Assembly (NCBI GenBank): GCA_963766715.1
Contig: CAVYBH010000008.1
Span: 480,001 to 544,000, forward strand
Direction of reading: 5' to 3'
Source of the DNA: an uncultured delta proteobacterium
GTDB taxonomy: Bacteria > Myxococcota > Myxococcia > Myxococcales > Anaeromyxobacteraceae
Length of the DNA: 64,000 bases
Below, piece by piece: positions 11,159-25,312 of the stretch. The stretch's first letter is position 1, and each line of letters opens with the position of its first letter. A program made the position numbers and the translations under genes. Below the pieces are notes generated by a model. It had not been told where the DNA came from. It saw only the letters and a list, made by a program, of their open reading frames with translations, and did not search any database.

Positions 11159-12496
11159 ATGGATCGAGTCCTTCGCGTCCTGGCCGTCGTGTCCCTCGTC
11201 GTGTCCGCCTGCGGCCCGGAGGTCCCGTCGACCGGGGCCGGGGCCGCGGGTTCCCTGGCGCCGGAGGCCGCCGCAGCTGCGAGCGAGGCCCTGCGTCTCC
11301 CGTCCCACCACCCGAGGCTGGAGGTGATGACCCGCAACCTATACCTGGGTGCGGAGATCACCGCAATCGTCGGGGCGCAGGACCCCGTCGCCGTCGCCAC
11401 CCAGATCTGGGGCGACGTCCAGCGTACCGACTTCCCGGCCCGCGCCGAGGTCCTCGCCGACGAGATCTTCTGGGCCCGCCCGGACGTCCTCGGGCTCCAG
11501 GAGGTGACCCTCTACCGATCGGGTCCTCCCGACGTCTGCCAGGGGCTCGCGACGCCCTCGTCCCCCGTGGCCCGCCACGTCGAGCTCGACTTCCTCTCCA
11601 TCCTCCAGAAGGAGCTGCACCGGCGCGGCCTCCACTACGACGTCGCCGCCCAGGTGACCACCATGGACGTCGAGTTGTGCATCTTCGACCCGTCCAGGAA
11701 GGAGGGCGTGGGTGACCTCCGGTACACCGACCGCGACGTGCTGCTCGTCCGCAAGGACGTCCGCTGGCGCGACCCGCCGCCGGCGCAGCCGGTCCCGGGA
11801 TTCGTCCCCGCGCCGATCCCGCCGGGGCCGGGCGATCGGAACGGAGGGGTCTACGCGGTCGCGGTCGAGACCGGCGTTCTGGAGCCGCCTCGCGCGCCGG
11901 CCACCGCGTTCTTCCGCATCGAAGGGGTGGCGGACCCTGTCTTCAGCTGGCGCGGGTGGACGGCGGTGGAGGTCGAGCGCGACGGGCACTGGGTCCGCGT
12001 CTTCGAGACCCATGTGGAGGATCGGCTGGACCTCACGAAGGAGGGGCTGGACTCCTGGTACTTCCAGGCCCTCCAGGACACGCAACTCCTGGCCCTCGTC
12101 GACGGCGCAAACGGGGCCAAGGCGCTTCCCACCGTGGTCCTCGGCGACTTCAACGTCTACCGGCAGGAGTCTGAGCCGGTCCCGGCGACGTTCGCCCTGC
12201 TCACGAGCGGCGTCCTGCGGGATGCGTGGACGGCCCTTCGTCCTCCGAACGACTGGGGCCCGACCTGGGGCTTCGATCCGGATCTCCGGGGCGGCGAGCT
12301 CTTCACCACCCTCGACCTGGTGCTCGCCACCGACGACCTGGAGCCGCTATTCACCTACCGTGTCGGGGTCCACGATCGGACCCGCGGAGGGCTCCACCCG
12401 TCCGACCACGCCGGCCTCGTCACCGGCCTTCCAGATCCACTGACGGTGCGCGGGCGCCCTCCCTGCCGGACCACGGCCTCGGCCAGGACCGGATAG
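11159..12496 (+). CDS. Endonuclease/exonuclease/phosphatase (EEP) family lipoprotein
   Basis: Lipobox VSAC; motifs MTRNLYLG, LGLQEV, VLGDFN, PSDHAG. The 3' end is uncertain (possibly ~12443) because it overlaps the convergent gene. Confidence 0.8.
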   Translation: MDRVLRVLAVVSLVVSACGPEVPSTGAGAAGSLAPEAAAAASEALRLPSHHPRLEVMTRNLYLGAEITAIVGAQDPVAVATQIWGDVQRTDFPARAEVLADEIFWARPDVLGLQEVTLYRSGPPDVCQGLATPSSPVARHVELDFLSILQKELHRRGLHYDVAAQVTTMDVELCIFDPSRKEGVGDLRYTDRDVLLVRKDVRWRDPPPAQPVPGFVPAPIPPGPGDRNGGVYAVAVETGVLEPPRAPATAFFRIEGVADPVFSWRGWTAVEVERDGHWVRVFETHVEDRLDLTKEGLDSWYFQALQDTQLLALVDGANGAKALPTVVLGDFNVYRQESEPVPATFALLTSGVLRDAWTALRPPNDWGPTWGFDPDLRGGELFTTLDLVLATDDLEPLFTYRVGVHDRTRGGLHPSDHAGLVTGLPDPLTVRGRPPCRTTASARTG

Positions 12497-13056
12497 GGCT
12501 GGGCGCCCACCACGCGCTCCGCCCCGACGTCGAAGGTGGGAATGCCCGTCACCCCGGCGGCGGCCGCCTCGCGCCCCATGGCCGCCACGCGGGCCAGGAC
12601 GCCGGGGGTCCGGCTCTCCCGGATCGCCACGTCGCCGTCGAGCCCCGCCGCCTTCGCGACCCCGGCCAGGACCCCGTCGTCCTCGATGTCGAGGCCGTTC
12701 CGCCAGTAGGCGTCCATGAGGCCGGTGCGGACCTCGTGCAGCCGGCCCTGGTCGCGCGCCCATTCGGCGAGCGCCAGCGCCTTGCGGGTGTTGGGCTTGT
12801 GAGCCGGGACGACCATGCCCACGACCCCCTGCGCCTTCGCGAAGTCGAGGAGGTAGGGGCGCATCTTCCGCACCCGCTCCGCCCCGAACATCTCCTCGAG
12901 CGGCATGCCGCCCACCGGGATGTCCGGGTGCAGCTCGAACCCGCGCCAGTCGAGCGTCACGTCGAACTCGGCTTGCAGCCTGACCAGGCTGCTCTGCTCC
13001 GCGACGAAGCAGAAGGGTCAGACGAAGTCGGACCAGATGCGGATCGGGATGTCCAT
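12355..13056 (-). CDS. DsbA/FrnE-like thioredoxin-fold selenoprotein (U13-P-F-C16)
   Basis: ATG 13056 reads [23 protein letters not shown] in frame with ORF 12355..12960 ([18 protein letters not shown]). The TGA is at 13020-13018. The 3' end is uncertain. Confidence 0.88.
12975..12992 (-). promoter_or_regulatory. Putative bacterial SECIS hairpin
   Basis: GCAGCCT-GGTC-AGGCTGC forms a perfect 7-bp stem with a G-starting loop about 32 nt 3' of the in-frame UGA. Confidence 0.7.
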
Positions 13057-13124
13057 GGCGCCGTCACCTAATCCCGGACATGATCCGGCGCATGATCGCA
13101 CCGCCGAAGACCGCCGCACCCACC

Positions 13125-13570
13125 ATGGAGGCCCGCAAGCGCGTGGCCCTCGTGGCCCACGACAACCGGAAGGAAGACCTGCTCGACTGGGCCCGGTTCA
13201 ACCAGGGCACGCTCTCGCGCCACCAGCTCTTCGGGACGGGGACGACCGGCAGGCTCATCCACGACCGGCTGGGGCTCGAGGTCCACCGGCTGCTCTCCGG
13301 GCCGCTCGGCGGCGACCAGCAGCTCGGCGCCCTCATCGCCGAGGGCAAGCTCGACGTGCTCATCTTCTTCTGGGACCCGCTCGAGCCGCAGCCCCACGAC
13401 ACCGACGTGAAGGCGCTGCTCCGGATCGCGGTGCTCTACAACATCCCCACGGCCTGCAACCGGGCCACCGCCGACTTCATCGTGTCGTCGCACCTCATGG
13501 CCGAGACCTACGGAGGGCCGCTCACGGCGAAGCCGGTCGCACGCTCCCCGTGCCGACCGAGCCGGGCTGA
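13125..13570 (+). CDS. mgsA: Methylglyoxal synthase
   Basis: [54 protein letters not shown]. The end is uncertain (ORF track runs to 13661). Confidence 0.93.
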
Positions 13571-14206
13571 CGGAGCCGGTCCACCCAGGCCATCCAGAGG
13601 ACGAGCAGCCACATCGAGATGGTTCCCCAGGCCACCGCCTGCTCGCCCGGGGGGAGCGTGAACTGGTTCCCGATGGCCATGACGGCGAGGAAGGCGACGA
13701 GGCTCCACAAGCGCGACGCTTCCCGAGCGGCTCCGGGGCCGGGTGCCGGTGGCGTAGAGCCAGACGCCGCCGGCGAAGATGGCCCCTTCCACGAGCACCG
13801 TCGCCGCCACCGAGTTCCAGAGGCCGAGGCCGAAGCGCTCCGGCGCCCAGGGGACGAGCTGGAGGTCGGGCCGGTGGGTGGCCCAGTCGAGGAACCAGTG
13901 GCTCGCCACGAGCAGCCCCACCACGATCGCGCCGCGCCGCTCGCCGCCGGCGGCCCGGTACAGGAGGCCGAAGGCGATCGCCCAGGCGATCGACATGAGC
14001 AGGCTGTGCGTCCACGGATAGTGGACGAAGGCCAGCGGGGTGTAGGCGGTGTCGCCCGGCGCGATCCGCACCTGCTCGATCCCGGCCAGCACGAGCACGG
14101 GCCAGACCAGGTCGACCCATTGGCTGGCCGCTCCCAGGGCGCCCAGGCTCGTTCGCGGGGCGAGCCGCTTGGCCGCGAAGGCCAGTCCGAAGTGACCGAG
14201 GAACAT
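13522..14206 (-). CDS. Membrane-bound metal-dependent hydrolase-like protein (frameshift near 13710)
   Basis: [35 protein letters not shown] and several TM helices. The C-terminus continues in ORF 13522..14394. Confidence 0.75.
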
Positions 14207-14242
14207 GGCAGGCGTTTCCTAAGCTGGTAGGCTGCGCCGCGC

Positions 14243-15005
14243 TTGGCCGTCCCGCCCTCCACGCTCGCGCTCCTGGTCGTCGCCGCCTTCGTCGCCGGGA
14301 CGGTGGACGCCATCGGCGGCGGGGGAGGCCTGGTGACGCTTCCGGCCCTGCTCGCCGCGGGGCTCCCGCCCGCGCTCGCGCTCGGCACCAACAAGGGGCA
14401 GAGCCGTCTTCGGGTCGGGGGCCGCGCTCCTGCGCTACGCGCGGGCGGGCCTGGTGGACGGGCGGGTGGCCCGGGTCACCTTCCCGGCCGGCCTGGCGGG
14501 GTCGTTCGGCGGGGCGGCGCTGGTGCTGCTCGTCCCGCCGGCCGCGCTGCGCCCGGTGGTGCTGGGGCTCCTCGTGGTCGTGGCGGCCATCCTGGCGCTG
14601 CGTCCCGCCACGCCCGCCGCTCCCCGGCCCGGGGCGCACCGGTCGCTCGCGGTCGCCGCGGCCATCGCGCTCTGCATCGGCGCCTACGACGGGTTCTTCG
14701 GTCCCGGCACCGGGACCTTCCTCATCTTCGGCTTCGTCCTCTTCTTCGGGGCCGGCATGCGCGAGGCCTCGGCCGACGCCAAGGTGGTGAACTTCGCCTC
14801 CAACCTGGCGGCGGTGGCGCTCTTCTCGACCCGCGGCCTGGTCGCCTGGCCGGTGGCGCTGCCCATGGCGGCCGGGCAGTTCGCGGGGGGGCTGGCCGGG
14901 GCGCACCTGGCCGTCCGGGGCGGCGACCGGCTGGTCCGCTGGGTCGTCCTGGGGGTCGTCGTCGTACTGGTCGTGAAGCTCGGCACGGACCTCGTCCGCG
15001 GCTAG
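14243..15005 (+). CDS. TSUP (TauE/SafE) family transporter (frameshift near 14405)
   Basis: AGTVDAIGGGGGLVTLP, ALGTNK, then GAYDGFFGPGTGTFL and AKVVNFASN in ORF 14454..15005. Confidence 0.88.
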
Positions 15006-15014
15006 ACTCCGGGG

Positions 15015-15509
15015 ATGGCCCCGACCCCGAAGCAGCCCGCGCCCAAGGACCTCCTCGTCCGCGCCGGAGAGCGCGCCGCGCAGGAGGAGTCGTTCCGCCA
15101 CCCGCTCAACCCGGCCTCCGAGCTGCACGGGACCACGCTCTCCCGGCTCACCGGCCTCGCGAAGTGCGGGGTGAACTTCATCCGGGTCCCTCCCGGGAAG
15201 GAGTCGTTCGTCCACCACGTCCACCTCGTGGACGAGGAGTGGATGTACGTGCTCTCGGGCAGGGGGGAGCTGCGCATCGGCGACGAGCGCTTCGAGGTGG
15301 GGCCGGGCGACTTCGCCGGCTTCCCGCCGCGCACCCACGCCCACCACCTCCGGAACACCGGCTCGGAGGACCTCGTGTACCTCTCCGGCGGCGAGGCGAT
15401 CGACTTCGGCATCGCCGACTTCCCCGAGCTGGGGCTGCGGATGACGATCGCCGGGAAGGAGGCGAAGGTCTTCCCGCTCGAGGCGGGAAAGGATTTGTTC
15501 GGCGGCTGA
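15015..15509 (+). CDS. Cupin domain protein
   Basis: PPGKESFVHHVHLVDEEWMYVLSG, PGDFAGFP, AHHLRN. Confidence 0.88.
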   Translation: MAPTPKQPAPKDLLVRAGERAAQEESFRHPLNPASELHGTTLSRLTGLAKCGVNFIRVPPGKESFVHHVHLVDEEWMYVLSGRGELRIGDERFEVGPGDFAGFPPRTHAHHLRNTGSEDLVYLSGGEAIDFGIADFPELGLRMTIAGKEAKVFPLEAGKDLFGG

Positions 15510-15612
15510 CGGGCCGGGAGCGGCCGCTTACGGCCCGCCCGGGAGGTGCGTCGCCGGGCGGGACACGCCTAGCCAGGGGCCCACGGGCATCCGCCCGGCG
15601 AAGGAGACCCCC

Positions 15613-16116
15613 ATGGCCAAGACGCTCCCGATTCCCCCCGGCGCCCATGCGCTCACCCCCAACCTCTCGATCCACGGCGCCACCCAGGCGATCGAGTTCT
15701 ACAAGCGCGCGCTCGACGCCGCGGAGAAGGGGCGCTTCCCCTCCCCCGACGGCAAGGCCATCTGGCACGCCGAGCTGCGCGTCGGCGACTCCGCGGTCTT
15801 CCTCCACGACGAGATGCCGATGGGACCGCCGGCCCCCACCCGGGATCATCCCGCGCCGGTCGGCTTCTGGATCTGGGTGAAGGACGCCGACGCCGCCTTC
15901 CAGCGCGCGGTGGGCGCGGGCGCGTCGGCGCTCATGCCGCCCTCCGACCAGTTCTGGGGTGACCGGACCGCCACCATCGCCGATCCCTTCGGCTACGCCT
16001 GGACCTTCGCCACGCACGTGAAGGACATGACCGAGGAGGAGATGCGCCGGGCCGGGGAGGAGTTCGCCCGCAAGAGCGGGATGAGCGCGGCGGACGTGAA
16101 GTCCTCGCACGCCTAG
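15613..16116 (+). CDS. VOC family (PhnB/glyoxalase-like) protein
   Basis: AIEFYKRA, HAELRVGDS, DQFWGDR, DPFGYAW. SD AAGGAG upstream. Confidence 0.88.
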   Translation: MAKTLPIPPGAHALTPNLSIHGATQAIEFYKRALDAAEKGRFPSPDGKAIWHAELRVGDSAVFLHDEMPMGPPAPTRDHPAPVGFWIWVKDADAAFQRAVGAGASALMPPSDQFWGDRTATIADPFGYAWTFATHVKDMTEEEMRRAGEEFARKSGMSAADVKSSHA

Positions 16117-16709
16117 CACTTCTCGTACTTCCAGTTGCGCGCCTTGCCCTCGGCCATCCACGCGATGGCCTGGGCGAGCCGCCGCGCCCGGGTGTCCGAC
16201 CCCTTCGCCTCGACGATCCACTCGACGTACTCCCGCCGCTTCGACGGGCTGAAGCCCTCGAACGTCGCGGCGGCCTTCCGGCTCCCCTTCAGGGCCAGGG
16301 CGAGGTCCGGGGGCGCCTTGGCCTCCGGCTTGGGCTTCCTGGGAAGGCGCGGGGCCTTCACGCCCGCCTCGTTCCGCGCCGCGGCCGCCTTCAGGAGCTT
16401 CGCGAGCGCCGCCTTCGGCGGCAGGTCGGAGATCCGGGTGATGCGTCCGAACTGCCCCATGGCGTCGCCCTTCGCGGCGCCGCCCAGCAGCACGTCCCCG
16501 CTCCGGACGTGGAAGGCGCAGTGCGCCTGGAAGGCGGCGAAGCCGCAGAGGATCCCCTCGTGCATGAAGTGGGGCATCCCCCACTTGATCGTCTCCTCCA
16601 CGCCGGGCACGGCGGCGCGGACCACGTTTCGCAGGTGGGAGAGGACGGGGCGGGCGAACGGCGCGGCCCGCGCGATGTAGGCGTCGATCCGGGGGTCCTT
16701 CGTGGCCAT
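16113..16709 (-). CDS. YdeI/OmpD-associated family protein (DUF1801 N-terminus)
   Basis: MATKDPRIDAYI, EETIKWGMP, REYVEWIVEAK, GKARNWKY. Confidence 0.88.
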   Translation of the reverse strand: MATKDPRIDAYIARAAPFARPVLSHLRNVVRAAVPGVEETIKWGMPHFMHEGILCGFAAFQAHCAFHVRSGDVLLGGAAKGDAMGQFGRITRISDLPPKAALAKLLKAAAARNEAGVKAPRLPRKPKPEAKAPPDLALALKGSRKAAATFEGFSPSKRREYVEWIVEAKGSDTRARRLAQAIAWMAEGKARNWKYEKC

Positions 16710-16782
16710 CGTGCGGATGTAGCCGGGCGCGCGGGCGACGGCCACCTTGCCGCCCGCCCCGCCGCGTCGTAGGACCGGACCC

Positions 16783-17561
16783 ATGTCCGCGACCGTCGCC
16801 CTGCTGCTCCTCGCCCTCGCCGCCCCGCCCGACACCCTCGCGCCGCCCCGGTCCGCCGTGCGCTCCGCCCGACCCGCTGGCGCAGCTGGTGGGCGCGCTC
16901 GCTCGCCTCCCCGCCACGACGCAGGTCCGCGCGCGCGTCGAGCACCGGGTGACCTTCGCGCAGGGAGACGAGGAGCAGCCGCCCGTGCCTGGCACCGCGA
17001 CGGCGACGGCATCCTCGGGGCCGGACGGGCTGCGGATCACCTTCAGCCCGTCCTTGCTCGCCCGGGCCGAGGCCGAGGAGCGGGACCGGCTCCAGAACCC
17101 CGACGCCCCGACGCCCACCCGCGACGCCGTCGGCGACCTCCGGACGCTCGCGCTGGCCCGCTCGCTGGACGCGGTCCCGGAGATGCTGCGATCCCTTCAC
17201 GACGCCCGGGTGCTCGAGGACAAGGTGGAGCCGTTCGAGGGAGCGCCCACCCGGGTCCTGGTCCTCCAGGTGAAGCCGGCGATCGCCTCGCGAGACCGGA
17301 AGTACGTGAAGGACATCGAGGCGACGGCCCGGATCTGGCTGGGCCAGGACGGCGTGCCGATCGCGACGGACCGGCGCGTGCTCCTCAAGGGGCGCATCTT
17401 CCTCATCATCAGCTTCGAGATCGAGCAGAAGGAGCGCCTCCGCTTCGGCCGCAGCGGCGACCGGCTGGTCGTGCTGCGACAGGAGAGCGACTTCAGGTCG
17501 GTCGGGGGCCGGCGAGCGGCGGGACCGGCTGGCGGTCACGACCCTCAGCCTGCTCGAGTGA
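16783..17561 (+). CDS. Hypothetical exported protein (frameshifted)
   Basis: Signal peptide MSATVALLLLALAA, then GC3-biased ORF 16889 (LRITFSPSLL...WLGQDGVP). Confidence 0.55.
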
Positions 17562-17564
17562 CGC

Positions 17565-18318
17565 CTACCTCACCGCGAAGACCACCTCGACGCGCGCGCC
17601 GTACTCCAGCTCGCCCTCCGCCACCGGGGCGGGCGCGGCGTCGGCGGCCATGGAGCGGGCCATCATCGGACCGGCCATCGGGCGCGGCGATCCGCCGCCC
17701 TCCGACACGTGGAGGAGCTCGCCGAGCTCGACCGCGGCCGCGACCGCGATGGCCCGGGCCTTCTCCCGGGCGTTCGCGTAGGCCTGGGCGAGCGCCTCGA
17801 GCTGCTGGGGCTTCGGGTCGAGCCGCTCCATCCGCAGCGCGCTCACCTGGTTCGACCCCGCCGCGGTCACCGCGTCGAGGATGGGCCCGAGCCGGGAGAG
17901 CTCGCGCACCTTCACGTCGGCGGCGGTCGCGACCCGGTAGCCGGCGATGGGCTGCTGCTTGCCGTCCTTCCACGGGCGGTCGACGGTGACGTCGTAGCGC
18001 ACGGTGCGGACGTCCTTCGCCGCCACGCCCGCCCTGCGCCACCGCGTCGAGCACCGCCTTCATCTTGCCGTTCACCTCGGCGCTCGCGGCGGCCACCGTC
18101 TTCGCCGTGGCCTCGACACCCACGGTGAACGAGGCCGCGTCGGGCGCCACCGACACCCGGCCCTCCCCGGAGACCGAGACGGTCCGGGGCGGGCGGGGCG
18201 GCATGCCCGGGCCGGGCGGGGTGCCCGGCACCCGCAGGGCCGCGGCGTCCTGGGCGAGGGCGCTCCCCGCCAGCAGGAGGGAGCACAGCGCAGCGGCCAC
18301 GCCGGGCGCGGGGCGCAT
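17565..18318 (-). CDS. SIMPL (DUF541/YggE-like) domain periplasmic protein (frameshift near 18030)
   Basis: Signal peptide, RTVSVSGEGRVSVAPD, LDAVTAAGSN, AREKARAIA, ARVEVVF. Confidence 0.85.
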
Positions 18319-18323
18319 CGCGA

Positions 18324-21951
<3,628 letters not shown>

Positions 21952-22065
21952 GCGGCCTCCGGCGCTGGGCCCTGCGCGTGGGGTGGATCCTGAGGGGGAG
22001 GCATTCTACCCCGCCCGGGACGGAATGGACCCCCCGGATCGGCGCAAGATCCCGATCACCCGACG

Positions 22066-22079
22066 TTGACGAGAGTCAA
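22066..22079. promoter_or_regulatory. Putative FNR/CRP-family binding site upstream of nifJ
   Basis: Perfect inverted repeat TTGAC-gaga-GTCAA. A TAGAAT -10 box lies on the minus strand at 22003-22008. Confidence 0.5.
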
Positions 22080-22119
22080 GTCCCGGTGCGCGCGGCGCGG
22101 CCCTCGTTCGGCGGATGGC

Positions 22120-23331
22120 TCAGCGGTACCCGAGGGCGGCGAGGAAGCCCTTGATGACCACCGCGTTCGCGAGGTCGAGGAAGAACGCACCCACGAGCGG
22201 CACCACCACGAAGGCCACGCGGGAGGGGCCGAAGCGCCCGGTGACCGCCTGCATGTTGGCGATGGCGGTGGGCGTCCCTCCCAGCCCGAACCCGCACTGA
22301 CCCGCGCCCAGGACCACGGCGTCGTAGCTCCCTCCCATCGCGGGGAAGGTGACCTTCACGACCCAGACCGCCATGAGCGCGGTCTGCGCCGCCAGGAGGA
22401 GGAGCACCGGGAGGGCGAGGTCGGCGAGCTCCCAGAGCCGGAGCGTCATGAGGGCCATGGCGAGGAAGAGGGCCAGGCTGACGTTCCCGACCACCGAGAC
22501 GGCCCGGTCGAAGGGCTCGTAGCCGGCGACCCAGGAGAGCGTGTTGCGCAGGACCACGCCCACGAAGAGCACCGGGACGAAGACCGGCAGCTCGAGGGCC
22601 GAGCCGGCGAGCGCCCCGGCCACGACCTGCCCGAGCCAGAGGCAGACCGCGATGAGGGCGAGCGTCTCGACCAGCGCCGGCGCGGTGATGAGCCGGACCG
22701 ACGCCGGCTGCTCGAAGCCGACGGGGGCGGCCTCCGGGACCGCCGCGACCGCGGGCGGGTGCTTGCGCTTCATGAGCCAGCCCGCCACCGGCCCGCCGGT
22801 CACCCCGCCCAGCACGAGCCCGAAGGTGGCGCTGGCGACGCCGATCTCGGTGGCCGAGGGGAGCCCGCCCGCGCCCCCGAAGACCGCGCCCCAGGCGGCC
22901 GCCGTGCCGTGGCCGCCGGAGAGGGCGATGCTCCCGGCGAGCAGCCCCACCCGGGGATCGAGCCCGAGCAGGAACGCCAGGGCGACGCCGAGCAGGTTCT
23001 GGACGAGCAGGAACGCCAGCACCACGCCCAGGAAGCGGACCAGCGTCCGCCCTCCCGCGCGCAGGCTCTTCAGATCCGCCCCGAGCCCGATGGTGGCGAA
23101 GAAGGCCAGCATGAAGGGCGTCTGCAGCGTGGTGTCGAAGCGGAGGTGGAGGCCGGCGCCGGAGTGGGCGGCGAGCAGCAGGAGCGCGGCGGCCACCCCG
23201 CCGGCGACGGGCTCGGGGATGCTGAAGGTCCGGAGCGGCGCGATCCGCGCCACCATCGTCCGGCCGGCGAGCAGGACGAGCGACGCCGCGACGAAGGTCT
23301 GGTAGCCGTCGAGCCGGATGGCGGACGCCAT
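22120..23331 (-). CDS. gltS: Sodium/glutamate symporter
   Basis: IPEPVAGG, GSIALSGGHGT, ATFGLVLGG, GTPTAIANM, PLVGAFFLDLAN. Confidence 0.93.
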   Translation of the reverse strand: MASAIRLDGYQTFVAASLVLLAGRTMVARIAPLRTFSIPEPVAGGVAAALLLLAAHSGAGLHLRFDTTLQTPFMLAFFATIGLGADLKSLRAGGRTLVRFLGVVLAFLLVQNLLGVALAFLLGLDPRVGLLAGSIALSGGHGTAAAWGAVFGGAGGLPSATEIGVASATFGLVLGGVTGGPVAGWLMKRKHPPAVAAVPEAAPVGFEQPASVRLITAPALVETLALIAVCLWLGQVVAGALAGSALELPVFVPVLFVGVVLRNTLSWVAGYEPFDRAVSVVGNVSLALFLAMALMTLRLWELADLALPVLLLLAAQTALMAVWVVKVTFPAMGGSYDAVVLGAGQCGFGLGGTPTAIANMQAVTGRFGPSRVAFVVVPLVGAFFLDLANAVVIKGFLAALGYR

Positions 23332-23362
23332 TCGCGGTCAGTGAAACCGGATCCGGCGGCCC

Positions 23363-24013
23363 TCAGGGGGCGACGGGCACCCGCGGCGCGTCGGCCCAGA
23401 GCCCCTCGAGATCGTAGAAGCCGCGCGCGTCGGGCGACATGACGTGGATCACCACGTCGCCGAAGTCGAGGAGCACCCAGCCGCCGCCGCTCTTGCCCTC
23501 CGCCCCGAGCCGCTGGGCGCCCAGGCCGGTGAGCCGGTCGTCGATGAAGTCGGCCACGGCCGCCGCCTGGCGGTCGCTGTCGGCGGAGAGGATGACGAAG
23601 TAGTCGGCGACGCCGGAGAGCCCCCGCACGTCGAGGATCACCGGGTTCTCCGCCTTCTTGTCGAGCGCGGCGTCGACCGCCGCGAGCGCGCGGACCTGCC
23701 CGTCGTCGGGCGGAAGGCGGGCGGGGGCGACGGGGGCCGACACCGGCGCGGCGGCGGGCGCCGCCTTGCGCGGCGCGAGCTTCGCCTTGGGCCGCAGCGT
23801 GGCCCGCTTCAGCCCGGGGCGGGCCGCCGGGGCCGCCGGCTGTCCCTTGCGCCCCTCGGCGGGTCGCGGCGCCTTGCCGACGAAGAAGCGCTTCGCGGGA
23901 CCCTTGCCCTTCGCGCCCGGCCGGGCCTTCGCCCCGGCACGCTTCGCGGGGCCCGACCTCGCGCCTCCGCCCTTCGCCTTCGCCGGCTTCCTCGCCTTCG
24001 TGACCTTCGCCAT
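23363..24013 (-). CDS. rsfS: Ribosome silencing factor with Lys/Ala/Pro-rich N-terminal extension
   Basis: DKKAENPVILDV, WVLLDFGDVVIHVM, RGFYDLEGLW. Confidence 0.92.
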   Translation of the reverse strand: MAKVTKARKPAKAKGGGARSGPAKRAGAKARPGAKGKGPAKRFFVGKAPRPAEGRKGQPAAPAARPGLKRATLRPKAKLAPRKAAPAAAPVSAPVAPARLPPDDGQVRALAAVDAALDKKAENPVILDVRGLSGVADYFVILSADSDRQAAAVADFIDDRLTGLGAQRLGAEGKSGGGWVLLDFGDVVIHVMSPDARGFYDLEGLWADAPRVPVAP

Positions 24014-24028
24014 GCTTTCGTTTCCTCT

Positions 24029-25312
24029 CTAGCTTCGGACGTGCCCGCGCCCCTCGACCACGTACTTCTGCGTGGTGAGCTCCTCGAGCCCCATGGGGCC
24101 GAACGCGTGCAGCTTGGTGGTGCTGATGCCGATCTCGGCGCCGAGCCCCAGCTCGCCGCCGTCGTTGAACCGGGTGGAGGCGTTCACCATCACCGCGCTC
24201 GCCTCCACCTCCCGCTCGAAGCGGCGCGCCGCCGCCAGGTCGTTGGTGAGGATGGCCTCGGTGTGGAGGGAGCCGTAGCGCGCGATGTGCGCCAGCGCGC
24301 CGTCGAGGTCCCCGACCACCCGCACGGCCAGGATCCGGTCGAGGAACTCCTTGCCGAAGTCCTCCTCGCAGGCGGCGATGGCGGGCACGCCGGCCCGGCC
24401 CAGGATGGCGAGCGCGGTGGGGTCGCAGCGCAGCTCGACGCCCCGGTCGGCGAGCGCGCGCCCCACGGCCGGCAGGAGCCGGTCGGCGGCGGCGCGGTGC
24501 ACGAGGAGGCACTCGGTGGCGTTGCAGACCCCGGGGCGCTGGACCTTGCCGTTCACGGCGAGCGCGACGGCGTCGTCGACCCGTGCGCTCTCGTCGAGGA
24601 AGAGGTGGCAGACCCCCTGGTAGTGCTTCACCACGGGTACGCGGGAGCGCTCGGCCACGGCGCGGATGAGCCCCGTCCCCCCGCGCGGGATGGCCAGGTC
24701 GATGAGGTCGTCGAGGGCCAGCAGCTCGAAGGTGGCCTCGCGGTCGGCCACCGGGACCACCTGGGCGGCGGCTCCGGGCAGGCCTGCCTCCTCGAGCCCC
24801 TCGGCGAAGGCCTCGCCCAGCGCCAGCGAGGAGGCCAGCGCGTCCGACCCGGGGCGCAGGATGCAGGCGTTCCCGCTCTTCACGCAGAGCGCGGCCGCCT
24901 CGGCGGTCACGTTGGGGCGGGCCTCGTACACCATGAGCACCACGCCCAGCGGGATGCGCACCTTCTTGATGGAGAGGCCGTTCGGGCGGGACCAGCTCCG
25001 GGTCACCTCGCCCACCGGGTCGGGCAGGTCCGCCACCTCGAGGAGCGCGGCGGCGATCCCGTCGAGCCGCTCGTCGTCGAGGGTGAGCCGGTCGAGGAAG
25101 GCGTCGGTGGCGCCAGCCGCCCGGGCGGCGTCGAGGTCGGCGCGGTTGGCCTCCAGGATGGCGGCGCGGCGCGCCCGGATGGCGGCCGCGGCGGCGCGGA
25201 GCGCGCGGTCCTTCTGCTCGGTGGAGGCGCGGGCCAGCACGCGGGCGGCGCGCTTCGCCTCGGCGGCCAGGGAACGCATGCGAAGCGCCAGGCCGGGCGC
25301 GGTCGCGGTCAT
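24029..25312 (-). CDS. proA: Glutamate-5-semialdehyde dehydrogenase
   Basis: [47 protein letters not shown]. Confidence 0.96.
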   Translation of the reverse strand: MTATAPGLALRMRSLAAEAKRAARVLARASTEQKDRALRAAAAAIRARRAAILEANRADLDAARAAGATDAFLDRLTLDDERLDGIAAALLEVADLPDPVGEVTRSWSRPNGLSIKKVRIPLGVVLMVYEARPNVTAEAAALCVKSGNACILRPGSDALASSLALGEAFAEGLEEAGLPGAAAQVVPVADREATFELLALDDLIDLAIPRGGTGLIRAVAERSRVPVVKHYQGVCHLFLDESARVDDAVALAVNGKVQRPGVCNATECLLVHRAAADRLLPAVGRALADRGVELRCDPTALAILGRAGVPAIAACEEDFGKEFLDRILAVRVVGDLDGALAHIARYGSLHTEAILTNDLAAARRFEREVEASAVMVNASTRFNDGGELGLGAEIGISTTKLHAFGPMGLEELTTQKYVVEGRGHVRS

